Shown one piece after another: positions 11,865-23,600 of a DNA stretch of 64,000 nt (its first letter is position 1; every line of letters begins with the position of its first letter). The position numbers were made by a program, and so were the translations under genes. Under the pieces are notes generated by a model. It was not told where the DNA came from. It was given only the letters and a program-made list of their open reading frames with translations, and searched no databases. This stretch comes from Azolla caroliniana (Eukaryota; Plantae; Polypodiophyta): positions 12,772,001-12,836,000 of the forward strand of contig JBHGNT010000006.1 of the NCBI GenBank assembly GCA_043228905.1, in the 5' to 3' direction.

Positions 11865-13789
11865 ATGTTCAGGTCCAATTCTTGTTTGCTCCTTACCATC
11901 CCCTCCACAAAATGTAGCTGCTTCTTAAGGTAGCTAACTACCTGTTCTTGACGGGAGTATTGTTCCTTGAACGCACCTAAGAAATTTACCGATTAATTAT
12001 TCCTTAATGAGGAAGATACAACAACAAGAAACAAGAATCATTAACTTACTTGGAGCTTTTCCAAATTGTAATCATCAACAGTATTTACACCTAGAAGGTC
12101 CAGGTTCATTGAAAGAACCTGGGTCTCTGTCTGCAGTTGAATTTTCCGTTGGGGATCCAGTGACCCCTCAATTTCAAGTTCATGTTGAGCAACCTGTTCT
12201 AGATAATGCCTCAGTAGCACATTTTCATGTACAAGTTATTTATAACATATTACATACTAGCAAAAAAATAGGTACCTGAATCTTATTTCTAATTGTTGTA
12301 ATTGCCAAAGTGACTTTGCTCCCCATCGCAACAGCCAATGTTGCTTTCTCTAAATCATTCTTAAAAAACTCCAATGTCTCACAGGCTTCATGGACATTTT
12401 TTAGCATATAGCTAATCAATGTGTCACGTGTATCATTGTCATTGGCTTTCATTGTGTGTCGGTGTGGCGTATACTTGCGGGTTTGTTGGGAGTCGGCAGT
12501 TGCATCATCAACTGCCATGCTCCAAAATCTTGCCATTTTTTGTTGCAAGATCCCCATCTTCCAACATCTTTCTACCGATGCCTCACCATAAATTGCCCAA
12601 GCTACCCTGTACATTTCAGGGTCACGAGATTCCTTTGTTGTTTTGCAATACTCGTATGCAAAAGCTCTGGCAAATGAAACTGACAACTCGTTGTTGACCA
12701 GGATCCCTTGATGTACTTTCTAGTGCAATCTCATGCAATCGTCGTACAGGTCCGGTCGTACATGCTTGAGCTTCACCTTGCCTTTCACTCTAGGCACTTT
12801 ATATACTGACATCTAGTCTACATCACTAATCAATCTATCTGTTAGAACAGCAGGGTCAATACCCTTGAGCGACAGACCATATATGTTGTGAAAGTCCTCC
12901 TTTGCAAAATTTTGCAACGTTCAGCACTCTAGGATAGGGAGGAATGAGCCACCTGAAATAGAAAATCAGTCATCAAAATTGGTGCAAAAACAAAATTTTT
13001 AATGTGAATTTGGTGCAATATTACAACACTTTGAGACAATAATCTAAAATTTGTAATTTGTTCTTTTCAACATGTATCAGAAATCAACCACTTAAAAAAT
13101 CGGAAACCCTAATCAGAATTTGTCATGAGAATTGGTGCAAAATTACAACAGATTGCAACAGTAATCAGAAATTTGTAATTAGAAATTTGTAACTAGAAAC
13201 TTGCAATTTGAAATTTGTAATCAAAAACCCTAAACCACTTAAGGGAAACACAAACCCTAATCATTACTAAAGGTAGAAATCAACCGTACTACGAAATTCT
13301 GTCAATTAGAAACACACCTACTGCTACACCCCGATCTTCGAGACATCCTTGTTTGGGACTCCAACGACTTCACCCTATTCAATTTTTGGGAAAGATGAAT
13401 AGGCACCAAAGTTACAGACAGTTATAAATTAGGAAAAAAAATGTTTTTTTAATATGTAACTGATACATACTTGGACAAGGATCGACTAGTTCGGTGTTGT
13501 AGTTCTGAAGGTGCAATGTCAATCTCAGAGTTTTTGTGCTGTTGTGGGGACTTCATCTGCGTTCATGCTCAGAGTACTCCATCTGTTTGGAGTTCGAACA
13601 CGAACTCAGGATTATCAAGAATTTGATGACATTCAAGTCGACCTTAGATGATGACACTATTCCTCATGTTCCACTATGTCAGAAACCAAAGTTCAAATAT
13701 TTGAGTATTCTCATCAATTAAATGACATGTATTTAACTAATAAAACATAAAATTTCGTAAACCATCCTTATGATTTTCCCACAAAAAAA

Positions 13790-14180
13790 CTAGCTAAACA
13801 AATAGCTAATTAGTTGTGGCCATTTTAGTAGCTAATTAGCTATAATAGTGTTTCCACTCGCATGCTTTTACCCAGCAGGACTCTTACTTTTAGCCACATT
13901 GCCAACTATCTCCTCATCGGTTGCGGCATCATCGGCACCAAACATCTCTTGCAACCTCCTTAATCCACGAGATTCTACAACAACATGTCAGCTAATTAGC
14001 GGTTTCTCTTGTGCTTTTGTATGATATTAGCTGAATACTAAACATGATAGCTAATTAGCTACATGGTAGGTAATTAGCGACCACTCTTGATATGGCTCGA
14101 TACTGCTACATCTTAAGCTAAGCATGTTAGTAGCTAATTAGCACAGGTAATATGTTAGTAGCTAGTTGGCTAATTAGCAC
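13790..14180. repeat. Degenerate TAGCTAATTAGC copies in introns flanking the small exon 13872-13974
   Basis: Scattered palindrome copies at ~13790-13845 and ~13990-14180. Confidence 0.7.
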
Positions 14181-14219
14181 CGAGTCATTTAGAATAGGTA
14201 ATATGTCGCATTCCTTTAT

Positions 14220-15624
14220 GGTCGAGTCATCCAAAAGGACTCTTGAAGATGGTTCAAGTAATATTGATCAGCCGACCGAGCCAATTGAAGAAATCGAACC
14301 AACAAAATCGGCACGTAGGAGTTCCGGACAAGTTCGAAGGCTGATAGAGTTCTATCAACCGGGCCTCGACTATGTCAATTACACGAAGGCAGGTGAACCA
14401 AGCTCCTACAAGGAAGCCAATGTCGCGCCAGACGCCGACACATGGCTACAAGCCATGAAATCCGAGATGTACTCGATTCATTAGAATCAAACATGGGAGC
14501 TAGTTGAATTACCAGCTGGAAGGAAGCCGTTGCCCTACAAATGGGTCTTCAGATACAAATATGTATCCAATTCGGAGAAGCCCAAATACAAAGCTTGGCT
14601 CGACGTAAAGGGATTCAAACAAGAACATGGGGTCAACTACAACGATATATTCTCACCAGTAGTCAAGATGACCACCCTTCGACTCCTACTTGGGGTCGTG
14701 TCGACTGAAGACCTAGAGCTTGAGCAACAAGACGTCAAGATGACATTTCTACATGAAGACTTGGAAGAAGAAATCAATATGTCTCAACTGAATGGCTTCA
14801 CAACGACAAGGGAGGAAGGTCCCCTCGTATGTGGACTGATGAAAAGCCTTTACGGCTTAAAACAAGCGTTGAGAATGTGGTACCAGAAGTTTGACTCCTA
14901 CATCAGGCAGCTTGGTTATTGCCGATCCGACTCCGACCCATGTATGTATACTCGACAACTAGCCGATGACTCCCGGATCTATCTGATTCTATACGTCAAC
15001 GACATGATGACTGCAGGCAGCAATCAAGCCAATATGATGACTGTAGGGAGCAATCAAGCCGAGATCGGAAAGTTTGTGATGAAGGAACTCGAACAAGCCC
15101 GACACATAGTGGGCATGAGGATCGAGGGAAATCTGAAGAGAAAGACTCTCCGGCTCTCCCAATTTTACTACATTTGAAATGTGTTAAAACACTTCAATAT
15201 GGAGAACGTGAAGCCATCATCAACTCCGCTTCCGACGTCAATCGAATTATTGGATAGAGAATCTCCTTCGACGGATAAGGAGAGAGAGCTCAATAGGAAG
15301 ATACCCTACAGATCAACCATTGGAAGTATCATGCATGCTGTGGTGGTGACCCAACCCGTCCTTGCACGTAGGGGTCGTCTACCGATACATGTCAAACCCA
15401 AGGTGGAAGCATTGGGAGGCCATCAAGCACATCTTTACGTATCTGAGAGGAACAAAGGATGCACAACTCTGACTATGTCGAAGGCTATACCGACTTTGAC
15501 TATGCAGGAAATACAGATAATCGGAAGTCGAAATCAGGTTATCTCTTCACCTGTGGCATAGGAGCCATATCATGGAGGTCTAAGCTTCAAGTGTGCACGA
15601 CCCTGTCTACCACAGAGGCCGAGT
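14220..15624 (+). mobile_element. Ty1/copia pol fragment (RT to start of RNase H), no 5' LTR
   Basis: WLQAMKSEM, KWVFRYK, FSPVVKMTTLR, KSLYGLKQ, ILYVND, SWRSKLQ..LSTTEAE; stops and frameshifts. Confidence 0.9.
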
Positions 15625-18600
15625 TGTTGAAGTAAGAAAGCTCATTAGTATATTGAGTTTTTATAACTAGGATATATAAGTTTTATTTAATAAATAAGTA
15701 AATATTAAGTAGCCTGGTATATTATTAAAATATAATAATATGATAGACAATATTAAATAAAGATTTTATATTAGACATATATTTATGTATTTACTCTAAA
15801 AGTAGTGAGCAAGATAAAAAGTAAAAGGGTAATTCTATGGTGGAGCAAAGAAGTGTGCATAAAGGAAGAGGAGCAAAGCAATGGTCAAAAATATATGAAA
15901 AAGAAGAACCACTCAAATTAGACATGCAACTAGAAAGACACAACCTCTTTATAAAAGGCAATGCATATATGTAAGAGAGTGTGCTAAAAATAGAGAAGCA
16001 CCCTCCACAAGCTAGAGTTAACTTATGTTAATCCTCTTCTCTCCTAAATCATCTAAGCTATTCATGCTCATGTATAAGCAATAATCCTCTTCTAATATAA
16101 TCTATTTGATGTATATGCTTGTCTAATTACATGAATTTCTTCTTATGTCTCATGATATTTTAGTTTCTATCACTAATAAAACATATATTATGAATTACAA
16201 ATGGCCTACTACTCTTCTAACTATGTGAGAATAGCATAAATTCTCACAAATTTGGTATTAGAGCCTTATTAATCTATTTACAAGAGTTTTGTTAATCCAA
16301 TCATTAACCATATTATTTACTCTCATGGTGTAGTGAGATATGGCAGATATTAGTTCTCAAATTGAGAAGTTAGAGAAGAACAACTATCAACCATGGAGAT
16401 TCCATATGAAGAATTATCTAATTGGTAAGAATATGTGGACAGTGACAAGAGAAGAGCTACCACCGGAATTGTGATCACAACCAAGTGAAGATCAACTAGG
16501 GCAATTTAATAATTGGAATGAAAAGGATAAAAGATGTATATTCTTTCTTTCACAACATATATCAAATTCAATGAGTGGTCAAATACAAGAGTTAACTACA
16601 TCAAAACAAGTGTGGGATACTTTAGAGAGATTGTATTTTACATCTACCAAGGCTAGAAAAATACAATTAAAGAGTGAGTTGAATAATTTGAGGAAATCCC
16701 CCTCAATTACTATAAATGATTATATTCTATGAGTTAAAGAATTGGCAGATGCATTAGGATCTATTGGATTAACGTTCGATGATGATGATTTAATTACATA
16801 TACTTTGAATGGTTTAAAAGATGATGATTAGTGGAAGGCTTTTACTATATCAATATATGTTAGAGAGAATTTACTAGATTTTGATCAATTGATTTCACTA
16901 ATGATTACGGAGGAGATGAACCTACAAGGTTCATATCCTAGGAGCAATCAACCGCAAATATTGTATGCATGATAAAGAGGAAGAGGACAAAAAGGAAGAT
17001 GAAGAGGTAGAGGAAGGATAAATGACTTTCAACATCGTGATAGAGATGAAATTCAAAATCAAAATCAAAATCATTGAGGAGAATTAAGAGGTTGAGGTAA
17101 ACAAAGAGGTTGAGGTCAAGGACGATGGTCAAATAATAGAAGTCAAAATAATTGTTATGTATGTGGCACATTTGGTCATTATGCACATCAATGTTATTAT
17201 AGAAATAACAATAAATTACAATGAAGTAATTTTGCATCAACTTCTAATGAGGATGGAAATGTTTTTGTGATGAATCATATGATTAAAAGTGACAAGTCAA
17301 ATAGTAATGATTGGTATATTGATAGTGGATGCAGTAATCACATGTCATATAATAAATATTGGTTTAGTAATAAAGCATATTGGTGATGTAAGGTTTCAAA
17401 CAACTAATGTATGTTCAGGAAGAAGTGGAGCAAGAGGATAAAATACAAGTGAAAAAGGAGCACAGTGAAAGCAAAACACCAATTAGTTCATCAAAGAAAG
17501 AAGTGAGTCCGTGGTTAGGAAGACTAAGAGACAAAACATCCCAAGATGAGAAAACAATCAAAACAAAAGGTAAAGAGAAAATAGAAGATGAAAAACAATT
17601 GTGGATTGAAGAACCAACTCAAAATGAGTTTGAAGATATTCAAACCCCGGGTGTAAGGCAGTCAAGTAGAGTTAAGTGAAAAAGGAGCACAATGAAAGCA
17701 AAACACCAATTAGTTCATCAAAGAAAGAAGTGAGTCCGTGGTTAGGAAGACTAAGAGACAAAACATCCCAAGATGAGAAAACAATCAAAACAAAAGGTAA
17801 AGAGAAAATAGAAGATGAAAAACAATTGTGGATTGAAGAACCAACTCAAAATGAGTTTGAAGATATTCAAACCCCGGGTGTAAGGCAGTCAAGTAGAGTT
17901 AAGTATCCTGTTGAACGTTTAACTTATGATTATTTTGTTGCAAAACATTATGCATATATGATAGAGATAATAAAGGATAAAGAACCTCTAAGTTTTGAAG
18001 AAGCAAACTTAGATGAAAAATGGCAAAGTGCGATGGATGAAGAAATGCAAGCATTGATAGAAAATAACACATGGAGTCTTGTTCCAAGGGTAGAAGGAAA
18101 ACAACCAATTGGATGTAAGTAGATTTATAAAATTAAAAGGAATGTTGATGGTTCTATTGCAAGATATAAAGCTGGAATTGTTGCTAAAGCGTATGTTCAA
18201 AAATATGGTATTGATTATGAAGAAACATTTAGTCTAGTGGTTAGAATGACTACAATTAGCGTATTGATAACACTTGCAGTGTCAAAGAGGTGGAACTATA
18301 TATCAACTTGATGTTAAAAATGCATTCTTCAATGGAGAACTTGAAGAGGAAGTGTACATGGAGCAACCACAAGGGTATATGCATCAACAATATCCTAATT
18401 ATGTATGCAAATTAAAGAAAGCATTATATGGTTTGAAACAACCTCCAAGAGCATGGAATCATAAATTGGTAGAATATTTGGTGAAGTGTGATTTTATAGT
18501 TTCAGATTCAGATTCATCTTTATATATAATGCATAATGGAAAACATATAGTTTTATTATGCATATATGTGGATGATTTAATACTTACAGGTAGTTGTGGA

Positions 18601-19980
18601 AAAGATATCCAAGATATAAAGGAAAAGTTGAAAGAAGAGTTCAAAATTGCAGATCTTGGAGAAATATTTCTTGGGTATAGAAGTAATCAAAACAAATGAA
18701 GGTATATACTTAATACAACGAAAATATATTCTAGATTTATTGAAGAAGTATGGTAGGATTGGATGCAAACTGTTAAACCAACCTATTCAGCCCAATGTGA
18801 AATTAGAAAAAGGATAATGGCGAGAAAGTTGAAAATGTTCAACTATATAGAAGCTTAATTGGTTCACTATTGTATGCAACTATAACAAGACCGGATATAT
18901 CTCATCTAGTAGGTGTTTTGGCACAATTTATGCAATTACCTACATGTGTTCATTTGAATGCAGGAAGAAAGGTTTTACGATACTTGAAAGGGACAATTAA
19001 TCATGGTTTATTTTATGACAAGGTGAATGATTTAACAATTAGTGCATTAAGTGATGTAGATTGGGCAAGTTCAGTGAATGATAGAAGAAGCACATCAGGG
19101 TATGTTTTCTTGTTGGGTGCAACAACTATTTCATGGAGTTCAAAGAAACAACCAATTGTAGCTCTTTCCTTAATAGAAGCAGAATATAGAGTTATGACAA
19201 ATGTAACATGTGAAGCAATGTGGATAAAAAAGATTATGAAATATTTATGCATTGAGAATTTACAAATCATGATCTATTGTGATAACATGTCAAGCATTTA
19301 TTTAGCTAACAATCCAATGTTTCATGCTAGGATGAAACATATTGAAGTTCATTATCACTTTGTGAGAGAGAAAGTTCTATCAAGAGACATAGAAATACAT
19401 TATGTCAAAACAAATATGCAAGTGGCAGATATGTTCACAAAGTTTTTGGATTCAACAAAGATGAAGAAATTCAAAGAATATATCAATCTTCAAGATATTC
19501 AATAAAGATCTTGGGGGGAACTGTTCAAGCAAGCTCGCTCATTAGTATATTGAGTTTTTATAACTAGGATATATAAGTTTTATTTAATAAATAAGTATTT
19601 ATTAAGTAGCCTAGTATATTATTAAAATATAATAATATGATAGATAATATTAAATAAAGATTTTATATTAGACATATATTTATGTATTTACTCTAAAAGT
19701 AGTGAGCAAGATAAAAAGTAAAAGGGTAATTCTATGGTGGAGCAAAGAAATGTGCATAAAGGAAGAGAAAGAGGAGCAAAGCAATTGTCAAAAATATATG
19801 AAAAAGAAGGACCACTCAAATTAGACATGCAACTAGAAAGACACAACCTCTCTATAAAAGGCAAACCATATATGTAAGAGAGTGTGCTAAAAATAGAGAA
19901 GCACCCTCCACAAGCTAGAGTTAACTTATGTTAATCCTCTTCTCTCCTAAATCATCTAAGCTATTCAGGCTCATGTATAA
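15625..19980 (+). mobile_element. AT-rich Ty1/copia element with integrase deleted; 5' LTR 15625-16248, 3' LTR 19522-19980 (truncated)
   Basis: TGTT.. LTR pair, PBS TGGTATTAGAGCC 16253-16265 (tRNA-iMet type), gag, WYIDSGCSNHM protease, RT YVDD, RNase H, PPT TTGGGGGGAAC 19511-19521. Confidence 0.9.
17447..17904. repeat. 227-bp tandem duplication inside Copia pol
   Basis: 17447-17673 nearly identical to 17674-17900; AAGT microhomology at the three joints. Confidence 0.9.
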
Positions 19981-20632
19981 TCCAATGCCAAGAGTCAGAA
20001 TCGGACACAAGTTGATCTGGATGACGAGAGCACCCCTGAAGGATGAAAGTTAAGGCAATATTTCTGGCAGCTCTTTAGGAGCCACTCCGGACTATATTAG
20101 TAGTGCTAGAATTTTGGATGAGTACAGTCGACGAGGTCATTGACCGGACAATTGAGATGGATTGGGCCTAGAACGGGAATTACAGGGCGATGGGGGCCCT
20201 ACAACGCACACCGCCCAACGAGGACCTGCGATTTTGACAGGCAGTGCAATGCACGACGTGTCTGAACCCCAACCATTCCACTATAGAATGTACTATGCGG
20301 ACACAATGCCTGTTTTGTCACTCAAAGACACACACCACGGATCGGTGTGAGTACAATTTATTAAACAGGTAGGCTACACCGATAAGGCAAATCAAGCCCC
20401 ATGATGAATAGAGGCTAGAGGCCAGAGGATGATCGCTACCGGAGAGAGGACAAATACAGACCAATAGGAAGTTATCGGTATGATGACCGAAGGAGAGACG
20501 AATATTTCTGGGATCGGTATGAAAAGACTATTCTCCGGAGTATGACAGGAGGTGTGGTGGAGAACAACAATATCCGGACCAACCGAGATATAATAATCAC
20601 CGCCACGATTCAAATCACCGACAGACAAGTTT
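19981..20632 (+). mobile_element. Ty3/gypsy gag fragment (double Cys/His knuckle), related to 27680-28900 and 53600-54466
   Basis: AIFLAAL*EPLRT..FRQAVQCTTCLNPNH..ECT..CLFCHSKTH..CEYNLLNR. Confidence 0.75.
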
Positions 20633-23600
20633 TGTAGAAGAATACGATTGCGGAAGCTAAGATAAAACCGGCTCGTCAAGATCGCTTAAAGAATACAGAC
20701 ACAGGTTTAATGGAAATCTTACATGGGAGAGACAGAGTTAGAGCAGAACACAACCCAATTACAAAATAATAACACTTTGTGTACATACAATGCACTCAGT
20801 GAGCACTTTTATACAATTTCTTACACAGACTGATAGAAATACTGACATGTACTTCAATGCTCATACGAGTGACTGACACCGACTCCCAAAAATATGGCTA
20901 CGTACTAGGCTAGATTCGTAGGCCTCAAACGGCCTACCGGTTACAATAAGATCCGGCTCTCTGATATGGCTCTTGGTTTCGGACACTAATCCGACTCTGG
21001 CTTATTTAGTTGATCCTGATCCGGTTGAGCTTGTCCGTTCAACACTCCCCCTCAAGCTCAACTTGAGGTCTGATCGTGGTGTCAGTGTCAGTGGAAGCTC
21101 ATCCTCTCCTCCGGCTCCCCCTAGCGTTCTCCCGCCTTGCTCGCACTCCTCGACCCGTTCGGTTCCGCTTCCCATGACGCATCTGGTCCTGCGGAAGTTG
21201 ACCTTCTCGGTCGGCTTGGCAGCTCCTTTGGCCCTTATCAACTCCTTTGCTGTCACGGTGCTGGCGCCCCTCGACTTGTTGGCTCCTCTATCTTGGCAAC
21301 GGTGTCGCGAAATTATGACGAGGATACGTGAACTTTGAGGCAAGACCCTGGGGCCTCTGACCGGAAGATATCAAATTCGTATGCTTATATTAAACAATTA
21401 ATGGAAAATGAGAAAGATTGACAAATTTCATTAATAAATAGGAAAGAAAAATTACAATCAATCCCAAGATTGGGATTATAAGAAGTTTGCTAATGGAGAT
21501 TACTAGAGTAATAGATTAGAAGTGGTAAAATTTGGAATTATGAGTGATAGATCTTCCGTAGGGAAAATTAGGATTAGGTTATATCAGTATTATGGCTTCC
21601 GTAGGGAAGATTAGGGTTTTTGAGTGTTATGGCTTCCGTAGGGAAGATTAGGATTAGTGAGAGTTATGGCTTCCCTAAGATAAGGGAGCTGAGAAGGAAA
21701 AGAAAATTAATTGAGATAATATGGAGAGAGCTTGAGTATAGGAAAAAAAATGGAATTTTATATGGAGTTCTCCCTTAATCATCTGCATGTCCACTTTTTG
21801 TTGCATGGCCTCTACTTTTAGTTGCATCTATTTTTAGTTGCATGGCCTTTTCTTTTAGTTGCAAGCGACCGTCCACATGACCTTTACTTTTTGAATGCAC
21901 TCCAACTTTAGTTGCTTGCGTCCACATGGCCTTTACTTTAGTTTGTTGGATGATCCAATCTTCCGTCCGTCTGCGTCCAACCTCGTCCGGTAGCTGGTTC
22001 CGCCCGATCACCGAATCCCTCGCCGGCCGGTTCCGGTTTGCTTGCCCACCGGTTTCGGTTCCGATTTGCTTGCCGGTTCCAGTTCCAGTTTTGCTTACCG
22101 GCCGGTTTCCGATTTAAATTCCGGTTTGCTTGCCAACCGGTTCCGGTTTTGCTTACCGGCCGGTTTTTGGATTTGCTTACCAGACGGTTTCCAGATTTGC
22201 TTGCCGGTCGGTTCCGGTTTTGCTTGCCGACCGGTTCCAGTTTTGCTTACCGGCCGGTTTCCGAATTTGCTTACCAACCGATTTCCGGATTTGTTTACCG
22301 GCCGGTTTTCGGATTTGCTTACCGACCGGTTTCTAGTTTTTGGGAACTTGGCCACCATCATCCATCAAGAAAAAGTGGCCAAAGTGCTCTTAGCACAAAT
22401 GAAAAATGAGGGAGCTCAAGGTGCTTATATAGCCAGGGCCTTAAGTTTCCTATCTATGTGGGATAGTTCTAATTTCCCTATCTTCTCAAACTTCATTTTC
22501 ACATAACTTGATATGTATTTCTCCATTTTGTATATAGTAAAATACTTTTTGAAACTCTTGAGTATATCCATCTTTCTATAGTAAGCTACTAATCTAATCT
22601 ATAATAATTATTTCATTATTTTTTTACATAGTGTGTGAAGAGTCACACGACAACGGTTTCGGCTGCCTTTTTGTCTGCTTGGCCTTCAATTGATTTGGCT
22701 CCTCTGAATCGAACTCCTCTTTAGAATCGACTACCTATGATTCGTTCCAACTCTTGTCCAAGTTGACTGTCTTGAACTCGTCCTCAATCTTCAGACCCTT
22801 TCCGGCTTTGCCTCCCCCTTCTTCGGTTGGCTCCGGCTTGGTCTCGGCGTTCTGGTCTCAGTTTCTTCAGCCGTCCCGTGCACTCTGACTTCTTTAGTCC
22901 GACCGAAGTCAAATTTGGTTTCCGGCTCGGTGTTTCGGTCATCTTTCTCATTCTTCCTTTCATCATTCCTCCCCCTCAAGTTCGGCATATCGAGGTACTA
23001 CTACACATCCAGTGCACCGGAAAATTGATGCAACTTGTCTAAGCCGAGGGGTTTGGTGAAGATATCTGCCATTTGCTGATCCGTTGGAACATACACTGGT
23101 TCCACTTCACTAGAGAAAACTCACTCACAGACAAAATGATAGTGCAGCTGGATGTGCTTAGTTCGGGCGTGAAAGACGGGGTTCTTTGCCAAGTGGATGT
23201 TATTGAAGTTGTCGTAATAGATCGTCATCGGATCAGACACCTCCACTCACAAATCCTTCAAGAGTTTGTTGAGCAATATGGCTTCATACGTTGCGACAAC
23301 CGCTCCTTGATACTCAGCTGCCATGCTCAACAATGCTACTCTTGGCTGCTTTTTATTGCTCCAGGCGACCGCGACACTTCCAAGTGAAAACACATCTGCC
23401 GATGTAGACCTGCGGTCGCCGACATTTCTAGCCCAATCGGAATCCATGTAGCCGATAAATTGATCGGCTATATTGGCCCGATATAGCAACCCCTTGTCCT
23501 TAGTGTTGCTAATGTACCTTAGTATTCGGTGCATACACTGAAGGTGCTCCAAGGTTCGATGCGCCATGAATTGGCTAATCAATCTGACTGGATAATTGAG

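Larger units (their letters stand above)
5581..13974 (-). pseudogene. Multi-exon gene: unknown N-terminal domain, coiled coil, RING-H2-like finger, low-complexity linker, C-terminal FCP1/NIF-like HAD domain; interrupted by two LTR insertions and stop codons
   Basis: GT/AG-bounded exons 12952-12276, 12193-12050, ~11976-11865+9672-9440, 8162-~7650, ~7380-6890+6048-5581; possible upstream exons 13974-13872 and ~13675-13471. Frames rejoin exactly across both removed insertions. Confidence 0.75.

Noticed and set aside
1-14220. Terminal inverted repeats of the Sola-like unit
   Set aside because: None recognisable: the left end runs off the window and the right side joins directly to a Copia pol fragment
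21926-22506. Overlapping ORFs such as PAGFRFCL.. here and at 44650-45208 and 47470-47987
   Set aside because: Stop-free translations of the LTR minisatellite in several frames on both strands
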